Below the pieces are notes generated by a model. The model did no database searches, was not told where the DNA came from, and was given only the letters and a program-made list of their open reading frames with translations. A program made the position numbers and the translations under genes. A stretch of 64,000 nt of DNA from Candidatus Kuenenbacteria bacterium (GTDB lineage: Bacteria; Patescibacteriota; Patescibacteriia; UBA2196; GWA2-42-15): contig JAAZOM010000029.1 of assembly GCA_012797775.1 (NCBI GenBank), positions 3,722 to 67,721 on the forward strand, written 5' to 3'. This document shows, piece by piece, positions 40,757 to 52,266 of this stretch (position 1 is its first letter; each line of letters opens with the position of its first letter).

Positions 40757-43615
40757 ATGAAAAAGGAAAAAATAGCTATAATTGATGCCAATGCAATAGT
40801 CCATCGGGCGTTTCATGCCCTGCCGCCTTTGATGACCAAGGACGGGGTTCTGGTCAATGCGGTCTATGGTTTTGCCAATATTTTATTGAAAGTTTTGAAA
40901 GACATAAAGCCGGAATATGTGGCGGTGTGTTTTGACGTATCGAAAGAAACTTTTCGCTTGGAAATGTATAAAGAGTATAAGGCGCAAAGGGAAAAGCAGC
41001 CTGATGAATTGTATAGCCAAATTGATTTGGTGAAAGAGATGATTGGGGCGTTTAATATGTCGATTTTTGCCGTAAAGGGGTTTGAAGCCGATGATTTGAT
41101 AGGGACTATTGTAAAAAAAATCCAAAATTTTAATGTCAAACAAAATCCAAAATCCAAAATCCAAAAAGGGAACGAAATTGAGAGTGTGGTTGTGACGGGG
41201 GATATGGATACTTTGCAGCTGATAGGTGATAATACCAAAGTTTACACTCTAAAAAAAGGCATTGCAGATACAATTATTTATGATGAGACGGCGGTCAGAG
41301 CGCGGTATGGATTTGGCCCGGAGGCAATGGTTGATTACAAGGCGCTTAGAGGCGATCCGTCGGATAATATACCGGGAGTGAAAGGTATAGGGGAGAAGAC
41401 GGCAACGGAATTGATAAAAGAATTTGGGACGCTGGAAAAAGTGTATGAGTATGTTGAACAAACCCAAAATCCAAAATCCAAATTTCTAATCAAATCCAAA
41501 ATCCAAAATCAAAAAGATTTAAAAATAAAAGGAGCGGTATTAGAGAAATTGATGGAGCATAAAAAAGAAGCGTTTTTGTCCAAGGAGTTGGCGACGATTA
41601 AGACAGATGTGCCAATGAAATTTGACTTGGAAGGGTGCCGAGTGAGACCATTTGACGCACCAAAAATTGTAGAATTATTTCAGGCGTGGAATTTTAAATC
41701 ATTGATCGCCCGAATTCCCGCAGCGGAAAAAGAGCTGACAAGGGGGCAGGGGAGTTTGTTTGCTAAAAGAGAGGAGACTAGAGAAGAAAGAAAGGTTGAT
41801 TTTGAAATAGGAAAAGGATATATATTGGTTGATAGCCAAGAGAAAGTAGAAAGGTTTTTGGTGGAACTCGGAAAACAAAAAATATTTGCCATTGATACAG
41901 AGACAAATGGGCTGGATCCGTTTCAGGCTGATTTGATTGGAATTAGTTTTAGTTTTGAAGAGGGGAAAGGGTATTACCTGCCTGTCGGAAGAAATTTTCA
42001 ATTTTCAATTTTCAATTTTCAATTATTATTAAATAAATTAAAACAGATTTTGGCGGATGGGGGTATTAAGAAGGTGGGGCATAATATTAAATTTGATATG
42101 GAGACTTTGGCTGGGGCGGGATTGGAACTGAAAGGAGTGGAATTTGATACCATGGTGGCGTCTTATCTTTTGAACCCGGGGACAAGACAGCACAATCTTG
42201 ATGCGGTGGTATTCACTGAATTTGGTTATGAGATGACACCGATAGAGAGTCTGATAGGTAAGGGGAAAGACCAGATTACAATGGATAAAGTAGAATTAAA
42301 CAGGGTGGCGGATTATGCGATTGAGGATGCTGACTATACTTGGCGGTTGTATAAAAGATTGGACAAACAATTGATAAAAAACAAATTGCGAGAATTGATG
42401 GATAAAATTGAGACGCCATTAATTTCAGTTTTGGCTGAAATTGAGAAAAATGGGGTTTTGGTTGATGTAAAATTTCTTGGCAAGATGAGTCGTGAAGCAG
42501 GGGAAAGAATAAAAGAATTGGAGAAAAAGATTTATAAAATGGCAGGGCGGGAATTTAATGTGCGTTCGCCAATACAACTTAAAGAGGTTTTGTTTGATGA
42601 GATGGGGATTTCAAGGTTGGGGTTGGCAAAAACCAAAACGGGAACCTCAACAGCCGCAGCAGAGCTGGACAAACTGCAGGGCGTTCATCCGATTATTGAT
42701 TTGATTTTGGAGCATCGGGAATTGTCAAAATTGAAGAGCACCTATACAGATGCTTTGCCGGAGTTGATAAACCCAAAGACCGGCCGGATCCATGCTTCAT
42801 TTAATCAGACAGTAACAGCGACCGGGAGGCTGTCATCTTCAGAGCCAAACTTACAAAATATTCCTATCAGAACAGAATTGGGCAAAAAAATTAGGCAGGC
42901 ATTTGTGGCACCCAAGGGTTTTAAGATAGTAACGATAGATTATTCGCAGATAGAGCTCAGGATTGCGGCTTCAATGTCGGGTGATAAGAAAATGTTGCAA
43001 GCTTTTAAAAATAGTGAGGATATCCATCGGCGAACGGCGGCAGAGGTTTTTGGTGTAAAACCAGAAGCGGTGACACCAGAAATGAGGCGCAAGGCCAAAG
43101 AAGTAAACTTTGGGGTTTTGTATGGGCTGGGGGCTAGGGGCTTGGCGCAGAGAACCGGGACGAGTTATGAAGAGGCAATGCTTTTTATTGAAAAATATTT
43201 TGAGATATTTGGTGATTTGAAAAATTATTTGGAGGAAACCATTGAGCAGGCACATGAAAATGAATATGTGGAGACGCTTTTTGGCCGGAAACGTTATTTG
43301 CCAGAGATCAATGCTGAACACCAACAGCTAAGGGCGGCAGCAGAGAGAATGGCGGTCAATCAACCAATCCAAGGTACGGCGGCTGACCTGATGAAGCTGG
43401 CGATGATAAAAATAGATGAGATGCTTAAAAAAGATAAGCTTGGGGAGATAAAAATGGTTTTGCAGGTGCATGATGAGTTGGTATTCGAAGCTCCAGACAA
43501 TATGGCAGAGGTGATTGGCAAAAAAATGAAAGAAACGATGGAAAGTGTTTATAAATTTAAGTGTCCAATAGTGGCAGAGATGTCTATTGGTAATAATTGG
43601 GGAGAATGTAAATAA
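40757..43615 (+). CDS. polA: DNA polymerase I
   Basis: 5'-3' exonuclease, 3'-5' exonuclease (DTET), DYSQIELR, QVHDE. Confidence 0.98.
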   Translation: MKKEKIAIIDANAIVHRAFHALPPLMTKDGVLVNAVYGFANILLKVLKDIKPEYVAVCFDVSKETFRLEMYKEYKAQREKQPDELYSQIDLVKEMIGAFNMSIFAVKGFEADDLIGTIVKKIQNFNVKQNPKSKIQKGNEIESVVVTGDMDTLQLIGDNTKVYTLKKGIADTIIYDETAVRARYGFGPEAMVDYKALRGDPSDNIPGVKGIGEKTATELIKEFGTLEKVYEYVEQTQNPKSKFLIKSKIQNQKDLKIKGAVLEKLMEHKKEAFLSKELATIKTDVPMKFDLEGCRVRPFDAPKIVELFQAWNFKSLIARIPAAEKELTRGQGSLFAKREETREERKVDFEIGKGYILVDSQEKVERFLVELGKQKIFAIDTETNGLDPFQADLIGISFSFEEGKGYYLPVGRNFQFSIFNFQLLLNKLKQILADGGIKKVGHNIKFDMETLAGAGLELKGVEFDTMVASYLLNPGTRQHNLDAVVFTEFGYEMTPIESLIGKGKDQITMDKVELNRVADYAIEDADYTWRLYKRLDKQLIKNKLRELMDKIETPLISVLAEIEKNGVLVDVKFLGKMSREAGERIKELEKKIYKMAGREFNVRSPIQLKEVLFDEMGISRLGLAKTKTGTSTAAAELDKLQGVHPIIDLILEHRELSKLKSTYTDALPELINPKTGRIHASFNQTVTATGRLSSSEPNLQNIPIRTELGKKIRQAFVAPKGFKIVTIDYSQIELRIAASMSGDKKMLQAFKNSEDIHRRTAAEVFGVKPEAVTPEMRRKAKEVNFGVLYGLGARGLAQRTGTSYEEAMLFIEKYFEIFGDLKNYLEETIEQAHENEYVETLFGRKRYLPEINAEHQQLRAAAERMAVNQPIQGTAADLMKLAMIKIDEMLKKDKLGEIKMVLQVHDELVFEAPDNMAEVIGKKMKETMESVYKFKCPIVAEMSIGNNWGECK

Positions 43616-43809
43616 AATGTAAAATTTAAAACTCAAATTTAAATTTATATATGGTATTTGCATAGTTTTTTGAAAAATGCCATAATTACTATATAAATCT
43701 AATTTTTCCAGATATTTTGGCTGTAGGCCAGAGCGATCTGGAAGATAGATCTATGGCCCTTTTATCTCGCCAAAGGCGGGGTAAAGTTATAAACTAAATG
43801 TAGAAAAAT

Positions 43810-44091
43810 ATGGCCAAAATGACGAAATCAGCCTTGTTACAAGCTTTGGCAGACAAGACTGGTATGACCAAAAAAGACGTTGCTTCTTTTTTGGAAAAAA
43901 TGGTCGAATTAGCTTATTCTGAAGTAAAGAAGAATGGCGAATTCGTAGTGCCTGGTATGGGTAAAATGGTAAAGGTTATGCGCAAAGCTAGAGAGGGTAG
44001 AAACCCGGCAACTGGCGAGACTATCAAGATCCCGGCCAAAACAGTAGTAAAATTTAGAGTAGCCAAGGCCGCAAAAGAAGCAGTATTATAA
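43810..44091 (+). CDS. hup: HU-family DNA-binding protein
   Basis: RKAREGRNPATGE. Confidence 0.93.
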   Translation: MAKMTKSALLQALADKTGMTKKDVASFLEKMVELAYSEVKKNGEFVVPGMGKMVKVMRKAREGRNPATGETIKIPAKTVVKFRVAKAAKEAVL

Positions 44092-44210
44092 GAAAAAGAA
44101 TTTATAAGAACAAAAAATCCTTCCGCATACACGGAGGGATTTTTTAGCCCCTAATTTTTATAGTGTGCTTTTAAGTCCGCGGCTATTGGTGGTTTTTAAA
44201 TTATGATCAA

Positions 44211-45257
44211 TTATTCATTAAACACAGAGCCATCAATCGCGTATTTTTTGGCAATTTCCTTGGTGATTAGTTTTTCCTTGATAAGTTGTTGTAGGTATTG
44301 GTCCATACTGATCATGCCATCGTCTGAGGAGGTTTGGATAACGGTTTTTATCTGGGCAATTTTGTTTTCTCTGATGAGGTTGGCGACAGCTGGGGTGTTG
44401 ATCATGATTTCTCTGGCCACGACGCGGCTTTGTCCGTCTGGAGCGGGGAGGAGTTGTTGGGCGATAACACCAATAAGACACATAGACAACTGCATACGTA
44501 TCTGATCTTGCTGGTGAGGTGGGAAGATGTCAATAATTCTGTCTATTGTTTGAGAGGCATTGGGTGTGTGGAGGGTGGTCAAAACAAGGTGCCCGGTTTC
44601 TGCTAGGGTGATAGTAGACGAGATTGTTTCTAGGTCGCGCATTTCGCCAACCATAATGACGTTGGGGTCTTGTCTTAATACATGTTTTAGGGCTTCGGGG
44701 AAAGAAACAAAATCAAAACCATATTGGCGCTGGCGGATAATGCTTTTTTGCGGCTGAAAGACGAATTCAATCGGATCTTCCATGGTTATGATATTGGCAG
44801 CACGGGAGTTATTTATATAGTTGATAATGGCGGCGAGTGAGGTGGACTTACCGCAGCCGGTTGGGCCAGTAAGAATAATCAGGCCTTGATTGAGCTCGGC
44901 TAGCCGATAGACAATTTGGGGCATATTAGTTGATTCCATGGTTGGCGGTTCGGTGTTGATAATGCGGGCGACCAGTCCGGGATTACCTTTTTCAAAATGA
45001 AGATTGACACGAAAACGTTCTCCGGAGCTAAGTTCATGGGAGACATCCATTTCTCGAGTATTGATAAAATCTTCTTTTTGTTTGGGCGTTAGGATGGTAT
45101 ATATTAATTCTTCAACTTTCTTTTTGTTGATAATACCAAAATCATCAAGACGATAAAGAACACCATTGATTCTGATAATTGGTGGTTCATTGACGACGAG
45201 GTGGACGTCAGAGGCGCCTTTGTCGACGCCGATTTTAAAGATTTGATCCAAGAGCAT
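44211..45257 (-). CDS. pilT: PilT/PilU-family ATPase
   Basis: ASDVHL, GPTGCGKST, EDPIE, LRQDP, GEMRD, TGH. Confidence 0.92.
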   Translation of the reverse strand: MLLDQIFKIGVDKGASDVHLVVNEPPIIRINGVLYRLDDFGIINKKKVEELIYTILTPKQKEDFINTREMDVSHELSSGERFRVNLHFEKGNPGLVARIINTEPPTMESTNMPQIVYRLAELNQGLIILTGPTGCGKSTSLAAIINYINNSRAANIITMEDPIEFVFQPQKSIIRQRQYGFDFVSFPEALKHVLRQDPNVIMVGEMRDLETISSTITLAETGHLVLTTLHTPNASQTIDRIIDIFPPHQQDQIRMQLSMCLIGVIAQQLLPAPDGQSRVVAREIMINTPAVANLIRENKIAQIKTVIQTSSDDGMISMDQYLQQLIKEKLITKEIAKKYAIDGSVFNE

Positions 45258-45419
45258 AGTAGTTGGTTAATTTTTATATGGTTATTATACCACAATTGTC
45301 TCACTGGTGGTAATTTTTTGGGTGTAATTTTTTTTGACTTTTGGCGGCGTTTATGGTTAGATTGTTTAAATACTAGAAAACAAAAATTGACATATCAATA
45401 TAAGGTTTGGGAGGACAAG

Positions 45420-47708
45420 ATGAATCAAGAACTATGTTATCAGAAAGTGGTTTTGGTGGCTAAGGGCGAAAATTTTTTTAGCCAGCAATTCCATGAACGT
45501 GAAGTGCCGTTCACTCTAGCTGATGAGAATGGTCTGGAAAGTTTAGATTTCGAGCCTGACTTGATTCTTGCAGTAAATCAGGGATTGAGGCGAGCAGAGG
45601 CATTTAAGGCAAAGTTTGCCTCGGCGACGGTAGTGGTCTGTCAAGGCGGCGCAAAGCACTTCTCTCCACTTTTGACAGTGGTTTGGGGGCAGGGTGTGAA
45701 TGAACACGATTACCACCATTTTGCCAGCTGGGATGCTTTTTTCAGCCTGCTTAGTACACCATTCTTGAAGCAGGAGAAAATATTGCAACAAGTCGATGAC
45801 GGTGTTTTTAACATCGATAGCGACTTGGCAAAAAAGACGGTGCCCCTAATGGATGGCGACGAAACCATGAGCAAGAGAACCCATGGTTTTAACAGCATGT
45901 ATTATACGGGGGAGAGATATTTAGGCTGGTATCTTGATTGGTTGGCAGAAGTAGAAAAAAAAAGGTTTCCGTGCCACTTCACCATGCGAACTGACGGCTC
46001 GGCTGGTAAAAAAAAGGTCTCCATAGTCTCGGTAAGATATTTCCCCGAAGTCCATGTCCACAAAGGGGTGGGAGTATTTAATTTGGAAGATTGGGCCATG
46101 TTTAGGGACAGTGACGGCAGAAAGTATCCGGCTTCGGTGGTGGGGGTAGATACAGGTGATCGCCAGATTATTACTTTTAAATTTGGCGTTCCATTGACTC
46201 GAAAAAAAGTATCAAGACTTACATGCTTTCAAAAAATAGTTAATAAGGCGATGCACAATAGGTATCTAGAGATGGTTCATAATTTGGAGGTGAATGAAGG
46301 AACATTGCCATTGAGAGTCTTGGCTGGCTCGGCGAATAATTCAGCGACCAAGTTTCCGGATGAAGTAAAAATTGATCCGAGAGGCCGCAAAATTTTGTGT
46401 GATCAGTGGCAATGTGAAGCTCTAGCGGCGACGATGAGCAATCAGCCAGTCACCTGCATAGAGGGTATTGGCGGATCTGGCAAGACAACACTCCAAGCTA
46501 TGGCGGCTAAAAATTTTTATCAACAGGGCAAGATTATCTTTTTGGTTTCTCATAGCAATAAAGGCTTGGATGTTTTACTCAATGAGGTTGTGCTTAATTT
46601 GGGTAAAGAACAATATCCATTTATCTTTCGTCTAGGAAATGGTAGACAAATGATAGAGAAAGTCAATCTACCATTTCACCGCCTAAATAGATTTGAAGCT
46701 GGAAAAGCCAGTGAATTGGAGCTGGCTGAAATTCAGAAAGCGATTAATAGTGGGAAGGGAGTTATTATCGCTTGTACTTTAAATGGTCTCATAGTTGATG
46801 AGACTATTAAAAAGATGCTGGAGGCTGGAATTTATCCAGATGTATCTTTTCTGGATGAGGCTAGCCGTGGCCATGTCTATGAAGTAGTTTTTCTTTATAG
46901 CATAACTAGGGAAAAAGTGATAAATACCCTCGACCGGCAGCAGCTTTCGAATATTCCTTTGTCAAGAGAAGCGCGCTCGGAGCTGCAGGAAAGCGGCTCA
47001 AGATTTGAAGAGATTGACGATTTTGACGCCGGGCTTTTAAAAACTTTTCTCAAAAAGGGTTTGTTGACCAGTATTTTTTTGAGGATTTGCCGACGATCAC
47101 TACCCAAAATTATTGAGGTGTTTAATGTTTTTTATGGTGGGCAGGTGATCCCTGGACGCTTTGAAGATGGCAATCAGGGGCAAGTAATTGTCTATGATTT
47201 CTGTAAGGCGCAGGATAGATGGGATGAGCCGAGCGGCAACTCTCTCATCAATAGGCGTGAGGCAAAGCTACTCGCGCAAGTTTTCAAACGCTATTGGAAA
47301 CAATCACCGGATCCTGATTTGGTTGGCATTATCACTTTTTATCAGGGGCAAGTTCGGGAAGTAAGAAAGAAACTCCGAGCGCCATTGATTTTTGCCCTTA
47401 GAGTTGAGCAAGAAGAATTTGATGCCAATATACCGGAGATTGTAAACACGGTGGATGCCTTTCAGGGCTCTCAGCGGCGGAGAATTTTGCTCTCCATGGT
47501 TAACTCGAATATGCTTTTTAACATAGGATTTAATCACCACGAAGAGAGGGTCGTGGTGGCTCTGACAAGAGCCCAGGATTGTTTGGTTATTTTTGTAAAT
47601 TCAGATACATATTTACAAAGTGATCAGGCATCCTCCAATACCAAGGGGGCTATCCAAAAGGCGATCGAAATTGCTAAGATGGATGGCGTGTATTTCTTGG
47701 TGAAATAA
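45420..47708 (+). CDS. Superfamily 1 Upf1/DNA2-like helicase
   Basis: GSGKT, HSNKGLD, DEAS, TVDAFQG, VALTRA; SD GGGAGG before ATG 45420. Confidence 0.85.
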   Translation: MNQELCYQKVVLVAKGENFFSQQFHEREVPFTLADENGLESLDFEPDLILAVNQGLRRAEAFKAKFASATVVVCQGGAKHFSPLLTVVWGQGVNEHDYHHFASWDAFFSLLSTPFLKQEKILQQVDDGVFNIDSDLAKKTVPLMDGDETMSKRTHGFNSMYYTGERYLGWYLDWLAEVEKKRFPCHFTMRTDGSAGKKKVSIVSVRYFPEVHVHKGVGVFNLEDWAMFRDSDGRKYPASVVGVDTGDRQIITFKFGVPLTRKKVSRLTCFQKIVNKAMHNRYLEMVHNLEVNEGTLPLRVLAGSANNSATKFPDEVKIDPRGRKILCDQWQCEALAATMSNQPVTCIEGIGGSGKTTLQAMAAKNFYQQGKIIFLVSHSNKGLDVLLNEVVLNLGKEQYPFIFRLGNGRQMIEKVNLPFHRLNRFEAGKASELELAEIQKAINSGKGVIIACTLNGLIVDETIKKMLEAGIYPDVSFLDEASRGHVYEVVFLYSITREKVINTLDRQQLSNIPLSREARSELQESGSRFEEIDDFDAGLLKTFLKKGLLTSIFLRICRRSLPKIIEVFNVFYGGQVIPGRFEDGNQGQVIVYDFCKAQDRWDEPSGNSLINRREAKLLAQVFKRYWKQSPDPDLVGIITFYQGQVREVRKKLRAPLIFALRVEQEEFDANIPEIVNTVDAFQGSQRRRILLSMVNSNMLFNIGFNHHEERVVVALTRAQDCLVIFVNSDTYLQSDQASSNTKGAIQKAIEIAKMDGVYFLVK

Positions 47709-47804
47709 TAAAAAAGGCAAAAAAAGAACGGCGATCTGCAAAATGCACAGAACGCCGTTTTTATTTGGGCGAGATGCCACCGCATTGGGCATGAATCCTT
47801 TTGC

Positions 47805-48020
47805 TCAATATAATTGTTGATGGTATTGAGACAGACACCTCGCCTGGAGTGCCAAGCCCAAAATGATGTGGGCGGCTTTCCATGTCCTCGACCTCATCTT
47901 TTTTTTGGGCATTCGGGTGGCCGGCTCGCAGTGAGCAGCCACCCATTGAGGTACAGTTGGGCACAAAAACCTAACTGCCACCTGGGCACTCCAATTTAGG
48001 AGTTGCGATACGAAGAACAT
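47805..48020 (-). CDS. Hypothetical small protein
   Basis: SD AAGGAGG upstream; no recognisable motif. Confidence 0.4.
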   Translation of the reverse strand: MFFVSQLLNWSAQVAVRFLCPTVPQWVAAHCEPATRMPKKKMRSRTWKAAHIILGLALQARCLSQYHQQLY

Positions 48021-48130
48021 ATCCGTCCTCCTTTGTTGGAATGTTCAGTTTTTACTCTAACAAAAGAGAAAAATAAGTCAAGAGTTTATTTAAAAACAAA
48101 AACATCAATCTGATAGATTGATGTTTTTGA

Positions 48131-48451
48131 AAAAAGATACTCGGGGGTGACTACTCGCCTCGCTGGACCCGCCTAGACTCGTTAGGCGAGGCTGGCGCAA
48201 GTCGAAGCGGGCTGGGATTTGTCCCGAGATAAACTCGGGATAAAAACCCAGACTAGCGGGACCATCCCCCACCAAAATTTGGAGGAAGGGTGTCCGGGGG
48301 TGACTAGAGGGAATTGAACCCTCGCTAGCGGGACCACAACCCGCTGTTCTACCATTAAACTATAGTCACCCCCCAACATCCTTGTCTGCTTGGGGGTTTT
48401 GGTGGGGGACTGTTCTACTACTAAACTATAGTCACCCCTAAATATCTTTTT
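48131..48451. repeat. Fragmented second tRNA-His copy and inverted repeats enclosing the intact tRNA-His
   Basis: 48142-48153 = 48295-48306; 48253-48264 = 48325-48336; 48410-48438 matches the 5' half with 2 mismatches; IR 48265-48277/48397-48409. Confidence 0.8.
48299..48370 (-). tRNA. tRNA-His(GTG), CCA not encoded
   Basis: G-1, gcggg-tt-GTG-gt-cccgc, C73. Confidence 0.93.
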
Positions 48452-48458
48452 GTTGAGC

Positions 48459-48533
48459 TGGTACCCCCGAGAGGAATCGAACCCCTATAACCAGCTTAGA
48501 AGGCTGGTGTTCTATCCATTGAACTACGGGGGC
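48459..48533 (-). tRNA. tRNA-Arg(TCT)
   Basis: ccagc-ct-TCT-aa-gctgg; CCA encoded. Confidence 0.95.
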
Positions 48534-48952
48534 ATAAAATAATTAAAAAACTTTCAGTCTTAATTTCCGAATAATAATTAATTTTTATAATTTTTAAAGA
48601 AAATTTGCGGAATTGGGGACACTGGGGTAAAAAATTAGCTTTTGGGCTAGAAAACAATAAAAAAGCTAAAGTTGAAGCTTACTTAGATAAACATACACTA
48701 AAATGCTTTTTTTTTCAAGTTTTGGCCAAATATTTGACAGAACTTGTGGTTGGTGATATTGTAAAGGAAGACAATATTTTATTTATCCACACCTGCCTTT
48801 AGGATGATATTACCCAAAATATTAATGATTTTAAGGCAGTTTATCAAATCAAATAAAAATATCCTTTAATACACAAATTTCGGCCGGCTGCAAGGTGGTT
48901 GCCGAGTTATTTTTTTGTGTACATTTTTGTTATTCGTAAACTATTTTAAAAA

Positions 48953-51900
48953 ATGTCTAATACGAACAGGAAAAATGAGAGATTTTATTTCGGGCGCAAA
49001 CATGATGTTCATGATTTGCCTGATTTAATAGAGAGCCAAAAGAATTCTTATAAGTGGTTTGTAGATGAGGGGTTAAGAGAATTGTTTGAAGAGATCAATC
49101 CAATAAGAGATTATATTGGGAGAGATTTGGAATTATATTTTTCCGATTATTTTTTGGATGAACCAAGGTTTGACGAAGTGGTGGCTCGTAAGAGAAATAC
49201 AACCTATGAAGCGGCACTTCGTGTAAAGACAAAACTGGTGAATAAAAGAACTGGTGAAGTAAAGGAACAGGAGGTTTATTTGGCTGATTTTCCTTTGATG
49301 ACCGACAGGGGAACCTTTATCATTAACGGGATTGAAAGGGTGATAGTTTCTCAACTTATAAGATCGGCGGGAGTATTTTTTACTTCAGAATATATAATGG
49401 GTAAGAGATATTATGGAGCAAAAATTATTCCAAATAGGGGAGCTTGGTTGGAAATAGAGACAGGAGCCAATGGGGTGATCACGGTGAAGATAGATAGAAA
49501 AAGAAAAGTGCCGATAACTTCACTTATGCGGGCTTTTGGTTATACAACCGATGAGGAGATAAAGGAAATCTTTAGGGATGTCGACATATTGCCTGATTTT
49601 AAATATATAAATATCACCTTGGAAAAGGATCCAGCTAAAACAGAAGCTGATGGCTTGAGAGAAGTTTATAAAAGAATAAGACCGGGAGATTTGGCAACAA
49701 CCGACAACGCTAGGACCTTGATACATTCAATGTTTTTTAATTTTGATAGATATGATTTTGGCAAGGTGGGACGTTATAAGCTCAACCAGCGTTTTGGGGA
49801 AAATTCACCTTTGGATAGAGAAAACAGGGTTTTTAAGAAGAGCGATTTGGAAAATATTTTAAAAGAAATAATTAAACTTAATATCAGCCAAAGAGAGGCA
49901 GACGATATAGACCATCTTGGTAATAGAAGGATCAGGGCGGTGGGCGAATTGATACAAAATAGATTTCGTTTGGGGATGGCCAGAATGGAGAGAGCAATAG
50001 TGGACAAGATGAGCACGGTGGACATAGCTAGCGTTAATCCAGCACAGCTTATTAATGCCAGACCAATTATGGGAGCAGTGAAGGAGTTTTTTATGTCTTC
50101 ACAGCTTTCCCAATTCATGGATCAGACAAATCTTTTGGCTGAGTTGGAACATAAGCGCAGAATTTCTGCCATGGGCCCGGGGGGGCTTTCGCGCGAGAGA
50201 GCAGGCTTTGAAGTGAGAGATGTACATCGTACTCATTATGGCAGGATTTGTCCAATTGCTACGCCAGAGGGTCCAAATATCGGGCTAGTCGGCCATTTGT
50301 CTTCTTATGCCCGGGTGAATAATTATGGTTTTATAGAAACACCCTATAGAAAAGTAATAAAAAGCGAGAGCAATAAACCAAGGGTGACAAAGGAAATAGT
50401 TTATTTGGATGCTTTTGCTGAGGAAAAATCAACAACTACGGCAGCAACGACTCCGATTGATGATCAGGGTAATTTTTTACAAGAAAAAGCAGCTATTAGA
50501 AAAGAGGGCGAGCCAGTTTTGGGATCAGTAGAAGAGATTGATTATATGGATGTGGCGCCAAATCAGATAGTTTCAGTGGGGACATCTTTGATACCATTTT
50601 TGGAGCATGATGACGCCGTGAGGGCCCTTATGGGTACAAACATGCAAAGACAGGCAGTGCCAGTAATAAAGCCAGGGGCTCCGCTCGTGGCAACAGGCAT
50701 TGAGAGATCAGCGGCGATTGGTTCGGGGCAGGTTTTGGCGGCAGAAAATGATGGCACGGTTTTGAATGTTCAAGCGGACAAAATAGAAATTTTGGAAGAA
50801 GATGGCAACATAAGAACTCATAATTTGGTAAAATTTGTTAGATCCAATGCTTCAACGTGTTTAAATCAGCGAGTAATAATAGAAAAAGGAGACAAGGTGA
50901 AGAAGGGGGATGTTTTGGCTGATAGTGCTGCTTGCGATCAAGGGGAGTTGGCTTTGGGACAAAATTTATTGGTGGCTTTTATGCCTTGGGAAGGCGGTAA
51001 TTATGAAGATGCTATATTACTTTCCGAAAAATTGGTTCACAACGACAAGTATACTTCTATTCATATTGAGGATTATATTATTGATGTACGCGAGACAAAG
51101 TTGGGGCCAGAGGTCGTGACTAGAGACATACCAAATATTGGAGAAGAAAAACTCAAAAATCTGGATGAAGACGGCGTGGTAAGAATTGGAGCTGAAGTTT
51201 CCTCAGGTGATATCTTGGTGGGGAAAATAACACCAAAAGGAGAAACAGAGTTGACGGCTGAAGAGAGATTGCTTCGGGCAATTTTTGGTGAAAAGGCCAA
51301 AGAAGTTAGAGATACCTCTTTATATTTGGAGCATGGTGAACACGGAAAAGTTGTGGATATAAAATTATTTACTAGAGCAGCGGGTGATAAGTTGCCAGCT
51401 GGGGTAATAAAACAGATCCAAGTTTCCGTGGCTCATATGAGAAAAATACAAGTGGGGGACAAGATGGCTGGGCGTCATGGCAATAAGGGTGTAGTCTCAA
51501 GAATCGTGGCGGTAGAAGATATGCCCAGACTACCAGATGGTACGCCAGTAGATATTATTTTGAATCCTTTGGGCGTGGCATCGAGAATGAACTTGGGGCA
51601 AATATTGGAAACCCATTTGGGGCTGGTAGCTCACGATAGAGGGTTGAAGGTGGTGACGCCGCCCTTGGACGGAGTGCCAGAAGAAACAATAAAAAAAGAA
51701 CTTGAGGAACTTGGTTATTCAAAGACAGGCAAGATGGTTTTGATTGATGGCAGAACTGGTGAGCCATTTAAAAATCCTAGTACGGTTGGTTATATCTATA
51801 TGTTAAAGTTGGTGCATATGGTGGAGGATAAAATCCACCAGAGGTCAATTGGTCCATATTCTTTGGTAACACAACAACCACTTGGCGGTAAGGCTCAATT

Positions 51901-52246
51901 CGGCGGGCAGAGATTTGGGGAAATGGAGGTCTGGGCGCTTGAGGCTTATGGTGCGGCTTATACATTGCAGGAAATTTTGACCATAAAATCAGATGATGTG
52001 CCGGGCAGGTCAAAAGCCTATGAATCGATAATCAAGGGTGAGGCAATTAGCAAGCTAAATATCCCAGAATCTTTTAATGTTTTGATAAGAGAGCTCAAGG
52101 GGCTATGCCTGGATGTGGAACTAATGAAAGAGGGCGGGGTGGTGAACAAAGATGGAGAGTTTAAGATAGTGGACGGCATGACAAAGAAAGAGATAAAGGA
52201 AAAAGCTACAGAAGAGGCAGCAGGAGAAGATGGAGAGGAATCCTAA
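48953..52246 (+). CDS. rpoB: RNA polymerase beta subunit
   Basis: [20 protein letters not shown]. Confidence 0.99.
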   Translation: MSNTNRKNERFYFGRKHDVHDLPDLIESQKNSYKWFVDEGLRELFEEINPIRDYIGRDLELYFSDYFLDEPRFDEVVARKRNTTYEAALRVKTKLVNKRTGEVKEQEVYLADFPLMTDRGTFIINGIERVIVSQLIRSAGVFFTSEYIMGKRYYGAKIIPNRGAWLEIETGANGVITVKIDRKRKVPITSLMRAFGYTTDEEIKEIFRDVDILPDFKYINITLEKDPAKTEADGLREVYKRIRPGDLATTDNARTLIHSMFFNFDRYDFGKVGRYKLNQRFGENSPLDRENRVFKKSDLENILKEIIKLNISQREADDIDHLGNRRIRAVGELIQNRFRLGMARMERAIVDKMSTVDIASVNPAQLINARPIMGAVKEFFMSSQLSQFMDQTNLLAELEHKRRISAMGPGGLSRERAGFEVRDVHRTHYGRICPIATPEGPNIGLVGHLSSYARVNNYGFIETPYRKVIKSESNKPRVTKEIVYLDAFAEEKSTTTAATTPIDDQGNFLQEKAAIRKEGEPVLGSVEEIDYMDVAPNQIVSVGTSLIPFLEHDDAVRALMGTNMQRQAVPVIKPGAPLVATGIERSAAIGSGQVLAAENDGTVLNVQADKIEILEEDGNIRTHNLVKFVRSNASTCLNQRVIIEKGDKVKKGDVLADSAACDQGELALGQNLLVAFMPWEGGNYEDAILLSEKLVHNDKYTSIHIEDYIIDVRETKLGPEVVTRDIPNIGEEKLKNLDEDGVVRIGAEVSSGDILVGKITPKGETELTAEERLLRAIFGEKAKEVRDTSLYLEHGEHGKVVDIKLFTRAAGDKLPAGVIKQIQVSVAHMRKIQVGDKMAGRHGNKGVVSRIVAVEDMPRLPDGTPVDIILNPLGVASRMNLGQILETHLGLVAHDRGLKVVTPPLDGVPEETIKKELEELGYSKTGKMVLIDGRTGEPFKNPSTVGYIYMLKLVHMVEDKIHQRSIGPYSLVTQQPLGGKAQFGGQRFGEMEVWALEAYGAAYTLQEILTIKSDDVPGRSKAYESIIKGEAISKLNIPESFNVLIRELKGLCLDVELMKEGGVVNKDGEFKIVDGMTKKEIKEKATEEAAGEDGEES

Positions 52247-52266
52247 TTATATATAAATAATGATTT

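Noticed and set aside
45201-45419. Upstream start of the helicase given in the ORF track
   Set aside because: Overlaps pilT and the promoter region; the SD supports ATG 45420. Track starts for cca, folD, rbfA and the L,D-transpeptidase were shortened for similar reasons
48182-48379. 65-aa ORF
   Set aside because: Overlaps tRNA-His and its repeats; the same applies to 1533-1715, 24890-25168 and 25388-25570, which overlap tRNAs
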